Source: Phycisphaerales bacterium (GTDB lineage: Bacteria; Planctomycetota; Phycisphaerae; Phycisphaerales; UBA1924). From it: DNA of 64,000 nucleotides. Under the pieces are notes generated by a model. That model saw nothing but the letters and a program-made list of their open reading frames with translations. It searched no databases and had not been told where the DNA came from. The stretch lies in NCBI GenBank assembly GCA_022843045.1, contig JALHOJ010000001.1:55585-119584 (forward strand). The letters run 5' to 3'. Each line of letters opens with the position of its first letter. The stretch's first letter is position 1. Positions 36,149-45,140 of the stretch are shown here, piece after piece. The position numbers and the translations under genes are program-made.

Positions 36149-37900
36149 ATGTTCAAGGGGTTGCCCGTGAGTCCGGGCGTGGTCATCGGGCGGGTGATGA
36201 CCATCGACGCGGATGAGCTGCGCGTGATCCGCAGGCCGATCGGAGCGAGCGCTGTCAAGGAAGAACTCAAGCGGCTGGAGCGAGCGATCGCCACGGCGAT
36301 CAGCGACATCGAAGAAGTCTACAAACAGGCCAAGGCCCAGATGGGCAAGCAGACGGCGGACATTTTCCAGTTCCACATCCAGATGCTCAAGGACGCGACG
36401 CTGCTCAAGGGCATCCGCGGGCGGGTTGAGAGGGACCTTGTGAGCGCGGACACTGCAGCTCACGAAGAACTGGGCGCGCTAGCCGCGAAGTTCCGTTCGA
36501 TGAACAACTCGGTCTTCGCGACCAAGGTCAACGACATCGATGACCTCTCGCGGCGCCTGCACAAGCACCTCGTGGGCGAACAAGTCACGCGCCTCAAGGC
36601 GGCGGATGACAACACCGTGGTGGTGGCCAAGGACCTCACGCCCAGCCAGACGGTGGGCTTTGATCGCTCGCGCATCATCGGGTTCGTGACCGACCTGGGC
36701 GGGCTCACGAGCCACACCGCCATCATCGCCAAGGCCCTGGAAATCCCGGCGGTGGTGGGGGCACAAACCCTTCTCAAGCACGCGCTGGATGGGCAGACCA
36801 TCATCGTCGATGGCGACACCGGCGCGGTGGTGCTCAACCCCACCGAGCAGACCCTTGAGCAGTATCGCAGGACCATCGAGCAACGCCGGACGTATCGCGT
36901 TTCGCTGGGCGAAATCGCGAACTTGCCCAGCGTCACGCTTGATGGGGTCAAGATCAACATCGTGGGCAACATCGAATTGCCCGCGGAGATCGAGAAGGTA
37001 CTGAAGATGGGCGGTGAGGGCGTGGGGCTGTACCGCACCGAGTACCTCTACCTCACACGCCCCGACGAACCGAGCGAAGAAGATCACTACAAGGCGTACA
37101 AGCAGTGCGTCGATCTCGCCGCGGGGCGGGAGTTGGTCATCCGCACGATGGACCTGGGCGCGGACAAGATGACGCAGAGCCGGGAAGAGGTGCCCGAGCG
37201 CAACCCGTTCCTGGGCAATCGCAGCATTCGATACTGCCTGCGCAACGTGCCCATGTTCAAGCGTCAGCTCCGTGCGATCCTGCGAGCCAGCGCGCACGGG
37301 CCGATCAAGATCATGTTCCCGCTGGTGAGCACGCTGCTGGAGCTTCGTCAGGCCAAGTTCATCCTGCACGACGTGATGGAGGACCTCACTGAGGAAGGCG
37401 TGAAGTTTGACAAGAACATCCCGGTGGGGATGATGGTCGAGGTGCCCAGCGCGGCGTTGCTCGCCGACACGTTTGCGCGCGAAGTGAACTTCTTCAGCAT
37501 CGGGACCAACGACCTGATCCAGTACACGCTCGCGGTCGATCGCATCAACGAACGCGTGGCTCATTTGTACCAGGCGACCAACCCCGCGGTGATCAAGTTG
37601 ATCCGGGATGTGGCCCGCGCGGGCCGCCATCGGGACATTCCGGTGAGTTGTTGCGGAGAAGCTGCGGGTGACCCAGAATACGCTATGCTGTTGCTGGGCC
37701 TAGGATTACGTACATTGTCCGTCAGTTCGACGGTAATACCCCAGTTGAAAAGGTTCGTCCGCAGTGTGACGATACCCCAGTGCGAGCTTGTGGCCCGAAA
37801 GGTCCTGAGCCTCGATTCGGACGTGCAGATCTCCGCTTTGTTGCGGGATTCGGCACGCAAGATCGTTCCTGAAGCGTACAGCGGGCGTTCCGCTGAATAG
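36149..37900 (+). CDS. ptsI: phosphoenolpyruvate-protein phosphotransferase (PTS enzyme I)
   Basis: GGLTSHTAIIAKALEIPAVVG (phospho-His), GLYRTEYLY and FSIGTNDLIQYTLAVDR. ATG 36149 gives a normal-length EI. The frame is also open from GTG 35948, which would add a 67-aa Pro/Ser/Ala-rich extension. Confidence 0.88.
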   Translation: MFKGLPVSPGVVIGRVMTIDADELRVIRRPIGASAVKEELKRLERAIATAISDIEEVYKQAKAQMGKQTADIFQFHIQMLKDATLLKGIRGRVERDLVSADTAAHEELGALAAKFRSMNNSVFATKVNDIDDLSRRLHKHLVGEQVTRLKAADDNTVVVAKDLTPSQTVGFDRSRIIGFVTDLGGLTSHTAIIAKALEIPAVVGAQTLLKHALDGQTIIVDGDTGAVVLNPTEQTLEQYRRTIEQRRTYRVSLGEIANLPSVTLDGVKINIVGNIELPAEIEKVLKMGGEGVGLYRTEYLYLTRPDEPSEEDHYKAYKQCVDLAAGRELVIRTMDLGADKMTQSREEVPERNPFLGNRSIRYCLRNVPMFKRQLRAILRASAHGPIKIMFPLVSTLLELRQAKFILHDVMEDLTEEGVKFDKNIPVGMMVEVPSAALLADTFAREVNFFSIGTNDLIQYTLAVDRINERVAHLYQATNPAVIKLIRDVARAGRHRDIPVSCCGEAAGDPEYAMLLLGLGLRTLSVSSTVIPQLKRFVRSVTIPQCELVARKVLSLDSDVQISALLRDSARKIVPEAYSGRSAE

Positions 37901-38513
37901 CTTCGGGAGAAGAACCAAGGTCGGTGGGCGAGGTCGGTGTTGCAACCCCCTTCGCACGCGGATCGGAAGACTTCGGATCGCATGCTTGGCCCGCGTGGGC
38001 AAGCCTTCGGGCTTGTGAACGTGTGCGGCGAGGTGAGCGGTTCGTGATGAGGGCTCGAGGGAGTGTTGCCATGTGCAACGCTCCGCCAATCGGGCCACAC
38101 CGCGGGACGGGCCGGCGATTTCTATCGCAGGGCACGCCCAATCGCGGCGGGTTGAGAGCGCCGGGCGGCTTCTTTTGGAAAGAGGCGGCAAAAGGGCGCG
38201 GAGCATTGTGCGGCGCAAGTACGCTGGGCCAAGGAGCCCAAGCGCAGCGCGGCGGAATGCAAAGCGGAAGATGGGCTTGTTCTTTGGCCCGGCTTCCTCA
38301 ACTTTCGGTTCCTTCCGTTCGTGTGCAAAGTGTGAAGCGATGAACGACCCCCCGGCAGTCTGCCGCAGGGGCATGGTTGATCGTGGATCACGGATCGCAA
38401 GGTGCGATCCACACGCAGCCATCCAGCTCCTGACATCGACCCGTAGAACCAAGCCCCGCGCGAGGACGCGCCGGGCGACAGCAGCCTGCATCACAGGCAC
38501 GGGAGTCAGCAGT

Positions 38514-41500
38514 ATGGACGAACTCAAGAATCTTTTTATCCTCCGCAGCGAGGAAGCATCGGAAGGCTCGGGCGGGCCCAAGAAGAAGCGCCGCCGGCGC
38601 GGCGGACGCGGCCGCAAGCGCAAGACCGCGGGCACAGCGGAAGCCAGCGAAGCGACCGAGCCGGGCGAAGACGCTGCCGGTGCGGAAGCACCCGAAGTTG
38701 CGAGCGAAGACGCGCCGGACGTCGAAGCCGGCGATGATGGCTCGGAGCGCGAAGCGGTGGAGGCAGCCGATGAGTCGGAGGTCGCGGCTCGCGAAGACGC
38801 CAGCGATGCATCGAGCGAAGCTTCGGGAGATGCTGAAGCCGCGGAAGAACCTCGCAAGGGCCGTCGGAGCGCGCGAGGAGGCCGGAGCGGCCGTGGGCGC
38901 GGCGAGCGAGCGGACAAGATCGAGAAGGCCGAGCGTTCCACTGAGAAGCGCGGCGCAGCGAAGCGTGACGGCCAGCCGTTCACGCAGATGATCATCAACT
39001 ACGTGCCTGGCGAAGAGTGCCGGGTGGCGGTGGTTGAGGATCGCAAGCTCGAAGAGCTGTACACCGAGAAGTTCGCGAGCGCGAGCCATGTCGGCAACAT
39101 CTACGTGGGCAAGGTGATGAACGTGGAGCCCGCCATCCAGGCGGCGTTTGTTGACTTTGGCATGGGCGAGAACGGGTTCCTGCACGTCACCGACCTGCAC
39201 CCGCGCTACTTCCCGGGCGAGAGCGAAGAGGGCACCACCGAGCGGATCGGCATCAAGACGCCCCGGCGTGATCGTCCGCCGATTCAAGCTGCGCTGCGGC
39301 GTGGCGATGAGATCATCGTGCAGGTCCTCAAGGAAGGCGTGGGGACGAAGGGACCCACGCTGACGAGCTACCTCAGCATCCCCGGGCGGTTCCTGGTGAT
39401 GATGCCCTACATGGACAAGGTGGGCGTGTCGCGCAAGGTTGAGGACGAGGAAGAGCGCCGCAAGATGCGCGAGATTCTCGATCAGCTTGAGCTGCCCGAT
39501 GGCTTCGGCTTCATCCTGCGTACTGCGGGCATGACGCGGACCAAGGCCGAACTCAAGCGCGACCTCGCGTACCTCATGCGTCTGTGGAAGGACATGGACA
39601 AGCGCCTGAAGGCGGGCGGCAAGCCTCGTCTGCTGTACAGCGAGAGCGACCTGCTCGTCCGCGCCCTGCGAGACGTGCTGACGAGCGAGACGCACGAAGT
39701 CATCATCGACAACGAGCACGCGCTGCAACGCGCGGCGCGATACCTCAAGATCGTCTCTCCGCGCACGCAGACCAAGCTGCTGCACCTGCAGGACAAGAGC
39801 CCGATCTTCCACGCGTTTGGGATCGAAAAGCAGATTTCGCTGATCCATGCCCGCGAAGTGCCGCTGCCCAGCGGCGGTCGCCTCGTGATCGATCAGACCG
39901 AAGCGCTGGTGGCCATCGACGTGAACAGCGGCAAGAGCCGCGACTCTCGCGATAGCGAGACCAACGCCTACCAGACCAACATCGAAGCCGTCGATGAGAT
40001 CTGCCGGCAGCTGCGCCTGCGCGACATGGGCGGCATCGTCATCAACGACTTGATCGACATGCGTTTCGCGACGCATCGCAAGGACATCCAGAAGCGATTC
40101 GAGGAACGCCTCCGCCGCGACCGCGCCAAGAGCACGGTGCTGCCCATTAGCGAGTTTGGCATTCTCGAACTGACGCGTCAGCGCATGCGGCCAAGCCACG
40201 AAAGCCTGCACTTCAACGACTGCCCGACGTGTCGCGGGCGCGGGCTCATTCAGAAGCCCGACAGTGTGACGGGTGATGCGCTGCGGGACCTTGCCGCGCT
40301 GCTGGACGTGCAACGCGTCCATCGCGTGGAGATGGTCGTCGCGCCGCGGGTGGCTGGCGATCTGCTCAGCACCAAGCGTCAGCTGCTCTCACGCATCGAA
40401 CGCACGTATGGCAAGCATGTGGACGTGCGCGTGAGCGAGGCCGTCGCGGTTGATCGCGTCACGTTCTACGCGTATGACCAGGACGGGGCCGACATGGAAC
40501 TGACCCAGCTTCCACAGGCTCGCAAGCCCACGAATCTGGTCGAACTCGTCGTCGCCGACACCAGCGAATCCGACTGGGCGGGCGATCTGGATGGCGAAGC
40601 CCGCGACGCCGAGGCGTCGCTGGTTGATCCAGAGCCCGATGACAGCGACGTGCATCCGATCGAGCTTGACCTGTCCGACGCCGAAGTGGATCAGGCAATC
40701 GCCGAGGGTGCGAGAGTTGCGCCCAGCGGCGAGGATCGAGCCGAACGCCGCGGACGGAGTGGGGGTCGTGGCCGGGATCGTGATCGCGGGCGCGGCGGGC
40801 GTGATGGTCGACGTGATGAACGCCGGGATGGGCCGCGTGATGGCCAGCCTGACGTTCGGCGCGAAGCACGCCGTGATGATCGCAGCGGGGATCGCCCGCG
40901 CGAAGAGCGGCCTCGCGACGAGCGTCGTGATCAGCCGGCACCGGCGCAGGCGCGGGATGAGCGCGGGCCCGCGCGTCGGGATGATCGCGGACGAGATGGT
41001 CCCCGTGACGGCCGGCGCGACGATGGTCGCGGCCGGGGCGGACACGGCGGGCGGGGTGGTGGTGGACGTGGCGGTCGCCCTGATCGCCCCGATCATGGCC
41101 GACGCACGCACGATGACACCAACGAGTGGGGCGAGCCGATGACCCGCGAAGTGGGCGAAGATGGCGACCCCATCGAGCCGCGTCGGGATGTGGAGCGGGC
41201 GCCCGTCGAAACGCCGCGTGAAGCTGAACCGATGGGCGACCAAATGGGCGACCAGGCGAGTGACGAAGTCGGCGGTCCGATCGACGGCACGCCCGGGGCA
41301 CAGCCCGGCGCGACCGAACTGGGTCCTGATGGCCTTCCTCGCAAGAAGCGTCGTCGCCGTCGTCGCCGTCGCGGGCGTGGCGGCCAGCAGCTGGGCCCGG
41401 ATGGCCAGCCCCTGCCCATGAGCCAACAGGGCGAGCCGCGCGATGGCGCGGAGGGCGACGCTCGCGAGAACGCCGCGATGGACAACTCGCCCAGCGGCGA

Positions 41501-42086
41501 TGATGACGAGTGGGGCGATGAGCCGGCAGTCAACGACGCGCCACGCAGCACGCCCGTGGTGCTTCGCGAGGAAGCCATTGATGATGGCGACGTGGACGAA
41601 GACAATGCTGTCGATGTTGAAGATGCCTCGGCGGATGCTGGCGAAGAAGGTGACGCCCCGCGCGGCGCTGGACAGCAGCCCAGCGGCGACGGCACCGCAG
41701 AAGGCGGCGAGGGCGGGCGGCGCAAGCGTCGCCGTCGTCGGCGTCGTGGCGGCGGCGGCACTCCGGACGGTGCGCGGCCTGCTGGCGATCGCCCCGAACC
41801 GCGCCGTGAGGAGCGTCGGGAGGATCGGCCTGTGGATCGCCCGCGCGAGCCGCGTCCGGAACCTCGTGAGGAGCGTCGTCCGCGGCCCGAGCCGCGACCC
41901 GAGTCTCGGGCCGAACCTCGGGCCGAGCCTCGTCCGGCTCCGCGATCAGAAGCGCCTCGCCCGCCCGTAGAGGTTGCGCCTCTGCCCCGGGCCGACACGC
42001 TCAAGCCGCCGCCTCGGACGCTGTATGGCAACATCCGGCGGAAGCTGACGCCAGCGGACCTGGCTCGCAAGCCCAAGCCGGAGTGA
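38514..42086 (+). CDS. rne: ribonuclease E/G family endoribonuclease with low-complexity N- and C-terminal extensions
   Basis: GGGAG lies upstream of ATG 38514. S1 and catalytic core: MIINYVPGEECRVAVVEDRKLEELY...GNIYVGKVMNVEPAIQAAFVDFG...ALVAIDVNSGK. The tails are charged (Arg/Asp/Glu/Pro-rich). Confidence 0.88.
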   Translation: MDELKNLFILRSEEASEGSGGPKKKRRRRGGRGRKRKTAGTAEASEATEPGEDAAGAEAPEVASEDAPDVEAGDDGSEREAVEAADESEVAAREDASDASSEASGDAEAAEEPRKGRRSARGGRSGRGRGERADKIEKAERSTEKRGAAKRDGQPFTQMIINYVPGEECRVAVVEDRKLEELYTEKFASASHVGNIYVGKVMNVEPAIQAAFVDFGMGENGFLHVTDLHPRYFPGESEEGTTERIGIKTPRRDRPPIQAALRRGDEIIVQVLKEGVGTKGPTLTSYLSIPGRFLVMMPYMDKVGVSRKVEDEEERRKMREILDQLELPDGFGFILRTAGMTRTKAELKRDLAYLMRLWKDMDKRLKAGGKPRLLYSESDLLVRALRDVLTSETHEVIIDNEHALQRAARYLKIVSPRTQTKLLHLQDKSPIFHAFGIEKQISLIHAREVPLPSGGRLVIDQTEALVAIDVNSGKSRDSRDSETNAYQTNIEAVDEICRQLRLRDMGGIVINDLIDMRFATHRKDIQKRFEERLRRDRAKSTVLPISEFGILELTRQRMRPSHESLHFNDCPTCRGRGLIQKPDSVTGDALRDLAALLDVQRVHRVEMVVAPRVAGDLLSTKRQLLSRIERTYGKHVDVRVSEAVAVDRVTFYAYDQDGADMELTQLPQARKPTNLVELVVADTSESDWAGDLDGEARDAEASLVDPEPDDSDVHPIELDLSDAEVDQAIAEGARVAPSGEDRAERRGRSGGRGRDRDRGRGGRDGRRDERRDGPRDGQPDVRREARRDDRSGDRPREERPRDERRDQPAPAQARDERGPARRDDRGRDGPRDGRRDDGRGRGGHGGRGGGGRGGRPDRPDHGRRTHDDTNEWGEPMTREVGEDGDPIEPRRDVERAPVETPREAEPMGDQMGDQASDEVGGPIDGTPGAQPGATELGPDGLPRKKRRRRRRRRGRGGQQLGPDGQPLPMSQQGEPRDGAEGDARENAAMDNSPSGDDDEWGDEPAVNDAPRSTPVVLREEAIDDGDVDEDNAVDVEDASADAGEEGDAPRGAGQQPSGDGTAEGGEGGRRKRRRRRRRGGGGTPDGARPAGDRPEPRREERREDRPVDRPREPRPEPREERRPRPEPRPESRAEPRAEPRPAPRSEAPRPPVEVAPLPRADTLKPPPRTLYGNIRRKLTPADLARKPKPE

Positions 42087-42113
42087 TGAGACGGTGATTC
42101 GGTGATACGGTGA

Positions 42114-42149
42114 GACGGTAAGGACGTGGTCCTTGCCGTCTTTTCTTTT
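42114..42149 (+). terminator. intrinsic terminator after rne
   Basis: 12-bp stem GACGGTAAGGAC / GTCCTTGCCGTC (one G-U pair), 3-nt loop, followed by TTTTCTTTT. Confidence 0.75.
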
Positions 42150-42182
42150 GGTGGGTGGGCTGGTTTTGTGTGTGGTGCTTGC

Positions 42183-43496
42183 ATGACGCCGCAGCGACGC
42201 AAACTCCTGATCCTGGGCAGCACGGGCAGCATCGGCACGCAGGCGCTGGAGGTGGTCGCGCACGTCAATGACCTTGCGAAGGCGGGACGGTCGCCGATTG
42301 AGTTTGAAGTCGTCGGACTCGCGGCGGGCAGGAACGCGACGCTGCTGGCGGAGCAGGCGAGGCGGTTTGGCGTCACGCAGATTGCGCTTGCGGACGCGAG
42401 CGGAGATCTTGCTGAAGGCTCGCTGCCCGCGAACGCAAAGGCACGGCGGGGCCCGCTCGCGGCGGAGGCGTTGGTGCGCGAGGTTGCATGCGATCTCGTG
42501 CTCGCCGCGATGGTCGGTAGCGCGGGCGTGCCGGCGACGTTTGCTGCGATTGAATTGGGGCGGCCTGTGGCGCTGGCAAACAAGGAAACACTGGTCGCGG
42601 CGGGAGAACTGGTGATTCCGCGAGCCTGCCGAGACCGCACCAGCGTGCTGCCGGTTGATAGTGAGCACGCCGCGCTTTGGCAGTGCTTGGCCGCGGGTCA
42701 CTCCTCAAGCGATGGTGCGAGCGACGAGCGACACCAGGGAGCCGGGATGAAGAACGACCGGATGCGACGCACGACGCTCGAAGATATCGATACGCCTTTC
42801 GTCGATGCATCGTGCGTGGCAAAGGCCATCCTCACCGCCTCCGGCGGCGCCTTCCGAACCTGGACCAAGGACCAGATCGAACGTGCCGCGCCGCAAGACG
42901 CGCTCAAGCATCCGACGTGGAACATGGGCGCGAAGGTCACTATCGACAGCGCGGGGCTCATGAACAAGGCACTCGAACTGATCGAGGCCCACTGGCTCTT
43001 CGGCCTGCCCGCCAGCAAGCTCGATGTGCTCGTCCATCCCCAGTCCATCGTGCACGCCATCGCCGAGTTTGTCGACGGCTCGAGCATCGCGCAGCTCGCC
43101 CCGCCCGACATGCGTCTGCCCATCCAGCGGGCGCTCACGTGGCCGTTCATGCTCGACGGCGTGGCTCGGCGCATGACCTGGAGCGAGATGCGTTCGCTGG
43201 AGTTTTCGCCCCCAGATCTCACGCGATTTCCCGCGTTGGGCCTTGCGTACAAGGTCCTCGAACTGGGCGGCACCAGCGGCGCGACGATGAACGCGGCGAA
43301 CGAAGAAGCCGTCGCGGCGTTCCTGAGCGACGATCCGGCTCGCAAGATTGGCTTTGGCGCGATCGCGCGGGTGGTTGAGGCTGCGATCAGCGACTTGCGG
43401 GTCCGGCCGCTCAACACGCTGGACGACGTCTGGACCGCCGAGCGCGAGGCCCGCGAGTACGTTCGCGAGCGGATCGCGAAGGGTCAGGCGAGGTAG
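42183..43496 (+). CDS. dxr: 1-deoxy-D-xylulose 5-phosphate reductoisomerase
   Basis: KLLILGSTGSIGTQALEVV, LANKETLV, LPVDSEHAAL, HPTWNMGAKVTIDSAGLMNKALE and VHPQSIVH. Confidence 0.9.
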   Translation: MTPQRRKLLILGSTGSIGTQALEVVAHVNDLAKAGRSPIEFEVVGLAAGRNATLLAEQARRFGVTQIALADASGDLAEGSLPANAKARRGPLAAEALVREVACDLVLAAMVGSAGVPATFAAIELGRPVALANKETLVAAGELVIPRACRDRTSVLPVDSEHAALWQCLAAGHSSSDGASDERHQGAGMKNDRMRRTTLEDIDTPFVDASCVAKAILTASGGAFRTWTKDQIERAAPQDALKHPTWNMGAKVTIDSAGLMNKALELIEAHWLFGLPASKLDVLVHPQSIVHAIAEFVDGSSIAQLAPPDMRLPIQRALTWPFMLDGVARRMTWSEMRSLEFSPPDLTRFPALGLAYKVLELGGTSGATMNAANEEAVAAFLSDDPARKIGFGAIARVVEAAISDLRVRPLNTLDDVWTAEREAREYVRERIAKGQAR

Positions 43497-43589
43497 TCAC
43501 GCAACATGCAGCCCGGCTGTAAGGGGGCGTGGTACTCGTCCGGCACGCGAGTCCTCTTTCATGGCCAGGCTGCTTGTCGTGCCGCGTGG

Positions 43590-44051
43590 ATGCTGCGTCG
43601 GCATCTCCTCCTACGTTTCCGCGTGGATGCGAACACCAACGCCGCCGTCGTGCTCACGCAGCCTTCGTTGGCCCTGTGGCATTCGCTCCTCCTCGTAGCG
43701 CTGGGCGGGGCGGTGGGCGCGGTGCTTCGTGCGCTGCTCACACTCGCCGCGACCGGCATGGGCTGGAAGGGCCTCTGGGGCACGCTCGCGGCGAACGTGA
43801 TTGGTTGCTGTGTCGCGGGTGCGTTGCTTGGTGCAACCCGCTGGGCCAGCGATCCACAGCACGCGCTCAAGTTCCTGGTGATGGTGGGTGTCCTGGGCGG
43901 CCTGACCACTTTCTCCGCCCTCAGCGTCGAAACCGTCCAGCTGTTTCAGCAGGGCAAGCACGCCGCGGCGCTGGCGAACCTGGGTCTGAACCTTGCTCTC
44001 GGGCTGGGTGGCGTGTGGTTGGGCATGAAGGCTGGGCAATTGCTGCGGTGA
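43590..44051 (+). CDS. crcB: fluoride ion channel CrcB/FluC
   Basis: Four-TM small protein with GGAVGAVLR and GVLGGLTTFSALSVE motifs. The start is uncertain: ATG 43590 or GTG 43650. Confidence 0.75.
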   Translation: MLRRHLLLRFRVDANTNAAVVLTQPSLALWHSLLLVALGGAVGAVLRALLTLAATGMGWKGLWGTLAANVIGCCVAGALLGATRWASDPQHALKFLVMVGVLGGLTTFSALSVETVQLFQQGKHAAALANLGLNLALGLGGVWLGMKAGQLLR

Positions 44052-44159
44052 GAGCAAGACGGAGTGGTGTTCTCCGGTTGCCGCCGATCTTCGTTCCCCA
44101 CATCACCTCATCACTTTGTCTTCCTGTGCAAGCTGGTTCACCCGTCCCTACCTTCCCGC

Positions 44160-44912
44160 GTGCACGTCGATGTTCTGACCACGTTTCCCGAACTCTTCGC
44201 GACCCAGCCGCCCGCGTTGCTGGGCGTGAGCATGCCGCGGCGCGCGATCGACGCGGGCGCGCTCACGGTGTCGGCGACCGATATTCGCACCTTCACGCAC
44301 GACAAGCATCAGAAGACCGACGACCGACCATTTGGCGGCGGGCCGGGCATGGTCATGATGTGTCAGCCGGTGTGGGATGCCTTCGATCATGTGGAGAAGC
44401 CGCGGGCGGGCGCGAGGCGTCAGCGGGTGTACTTCACGCCGCAGGGGACGCCGCTTTCGCAGGAACTGGTCGCGCATCTCGCGTCGTGTGAGCATCTGGT
44501 CATGCTCGCGGGGCACTACGAAGGCATCGACGAGCGCGTGATCGAGGAGCTTGCGCCGCTGGAGGTGTCGCTGGGGGACTTTGTGGTGTCGGGTGGCGAG
44601 GTCGCGGCGTTGGTCACCATCGATGCGATTGCGAGATTGCTGCCTGGCGTGCTGGGGCATGAGGACAGCAGCGTGCAGGACAGTTTTTCGGTCTTCGCGC
44701 CGCCGCAGGGTTTCTCGACCGCGCGGGACGGGCTTTCCAGCAGCAAGCAGTCCAAGCGACTGCTGGATTGCCCGCACTACACCAAGCCGCGGGAGTGGCG
44801 GGGGCGCGCGGTGCCGGACGTGCTGCTATCGGGGGATCACGAGGCCATCGCGAAGTGGCGGCACGCGGAGCGGCTACGCCGGACGTTTGTGCGGAGGCCG
44901 GATCTGCTGTGA
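44160..44912 (+). CDS. trmD: tRNA (guanine37-N1)-methyltransferase
   Basis: VHVDVLTTFPELF..., DDRPFGGGPGMVM, LAGHYEGIDERV and SLGDFVVSGGEVAAL. GTG 44160 was chosen by homology inside track ORF 44064..44912. Confidence 0.85.
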   Translation: MHVDVLTTFPELFATQPPALLGVSMPRRAIDAGALTVSATDIRTFTHDKHQKTDDRPFGGGPGMVMMCQPVWDAFDHVEKPRAGARRQRVYFTPQGTPLSQELVAHLASCEHLVMLAGHYEGIDERVIEELAPLEVSLGDFVVSGGEVAALVTIDAIARLLPGVLGHEDSSVQDSFSVFAPPQGFSTARDGLSSSKQSKRLLDCPHYTKPREWRGRAVPDVLLSGDHEAIAKWRHAERLRRTFVRRPDLL

Positions 44913-44922
44913 TGCTGTCTTG

Positions 44923-45126
44923 ACGAAACGCGACCGTCAGGGAGCGTCGAGCCCGACATGCGTGTCCGAATCCCTTCGAACGCAGAGGCAAACAGAGAAA
45001 AAGAAAAGAGGAAGACAGAGATGATTCTCTGTCTTCCTCTTCTGGTTTCCTGCTATGGTTTCCTCTGTGTTCTACGAGCTCCGTTCGCCGCTGGTTGTTC
45101 GACGCTCCCTGACGGTCGCGTTTCGT
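44923..45126. repeat. 204-bp palindromic element with 28-bp perfect terminal inverted repeats
   Basis: ACGAAACGCGACCGTCAGGGAGCGTCGA (44923-44950) is the exact reverse complement of 45099-45126. Inner perfect pair AGAGGAAGACAGAG (45007-45020) / CTCTGTCTTCCTCT (45027-45040). The middle of the arms has diverged. Confidence 0.9.
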
Positions 45127-45140
45127 AGAGCGCGAGGGAA

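Noticed and set aside
42092-42123. CRISPR-like or other array
   Set aside because: This is only four 8-nt units with no spacers. No CRISPR repeat-spacer architecture exists anywhere in the window.
43497-43589. Fluoride riboswitch (crcB motif) upstream of crcB
   Set aside because: I looked for the conserved GGnGAUGG ... AACCGCC ... CUGAUGAUGCCU core. Only a vague GGCGUGG ... CUGCUUGUCGUGCC resemblance is present and the AACCGCC segment is absent. crcB here appears to follow dxr without a recognisable riboswitch. A covariance-model scan would settle it.
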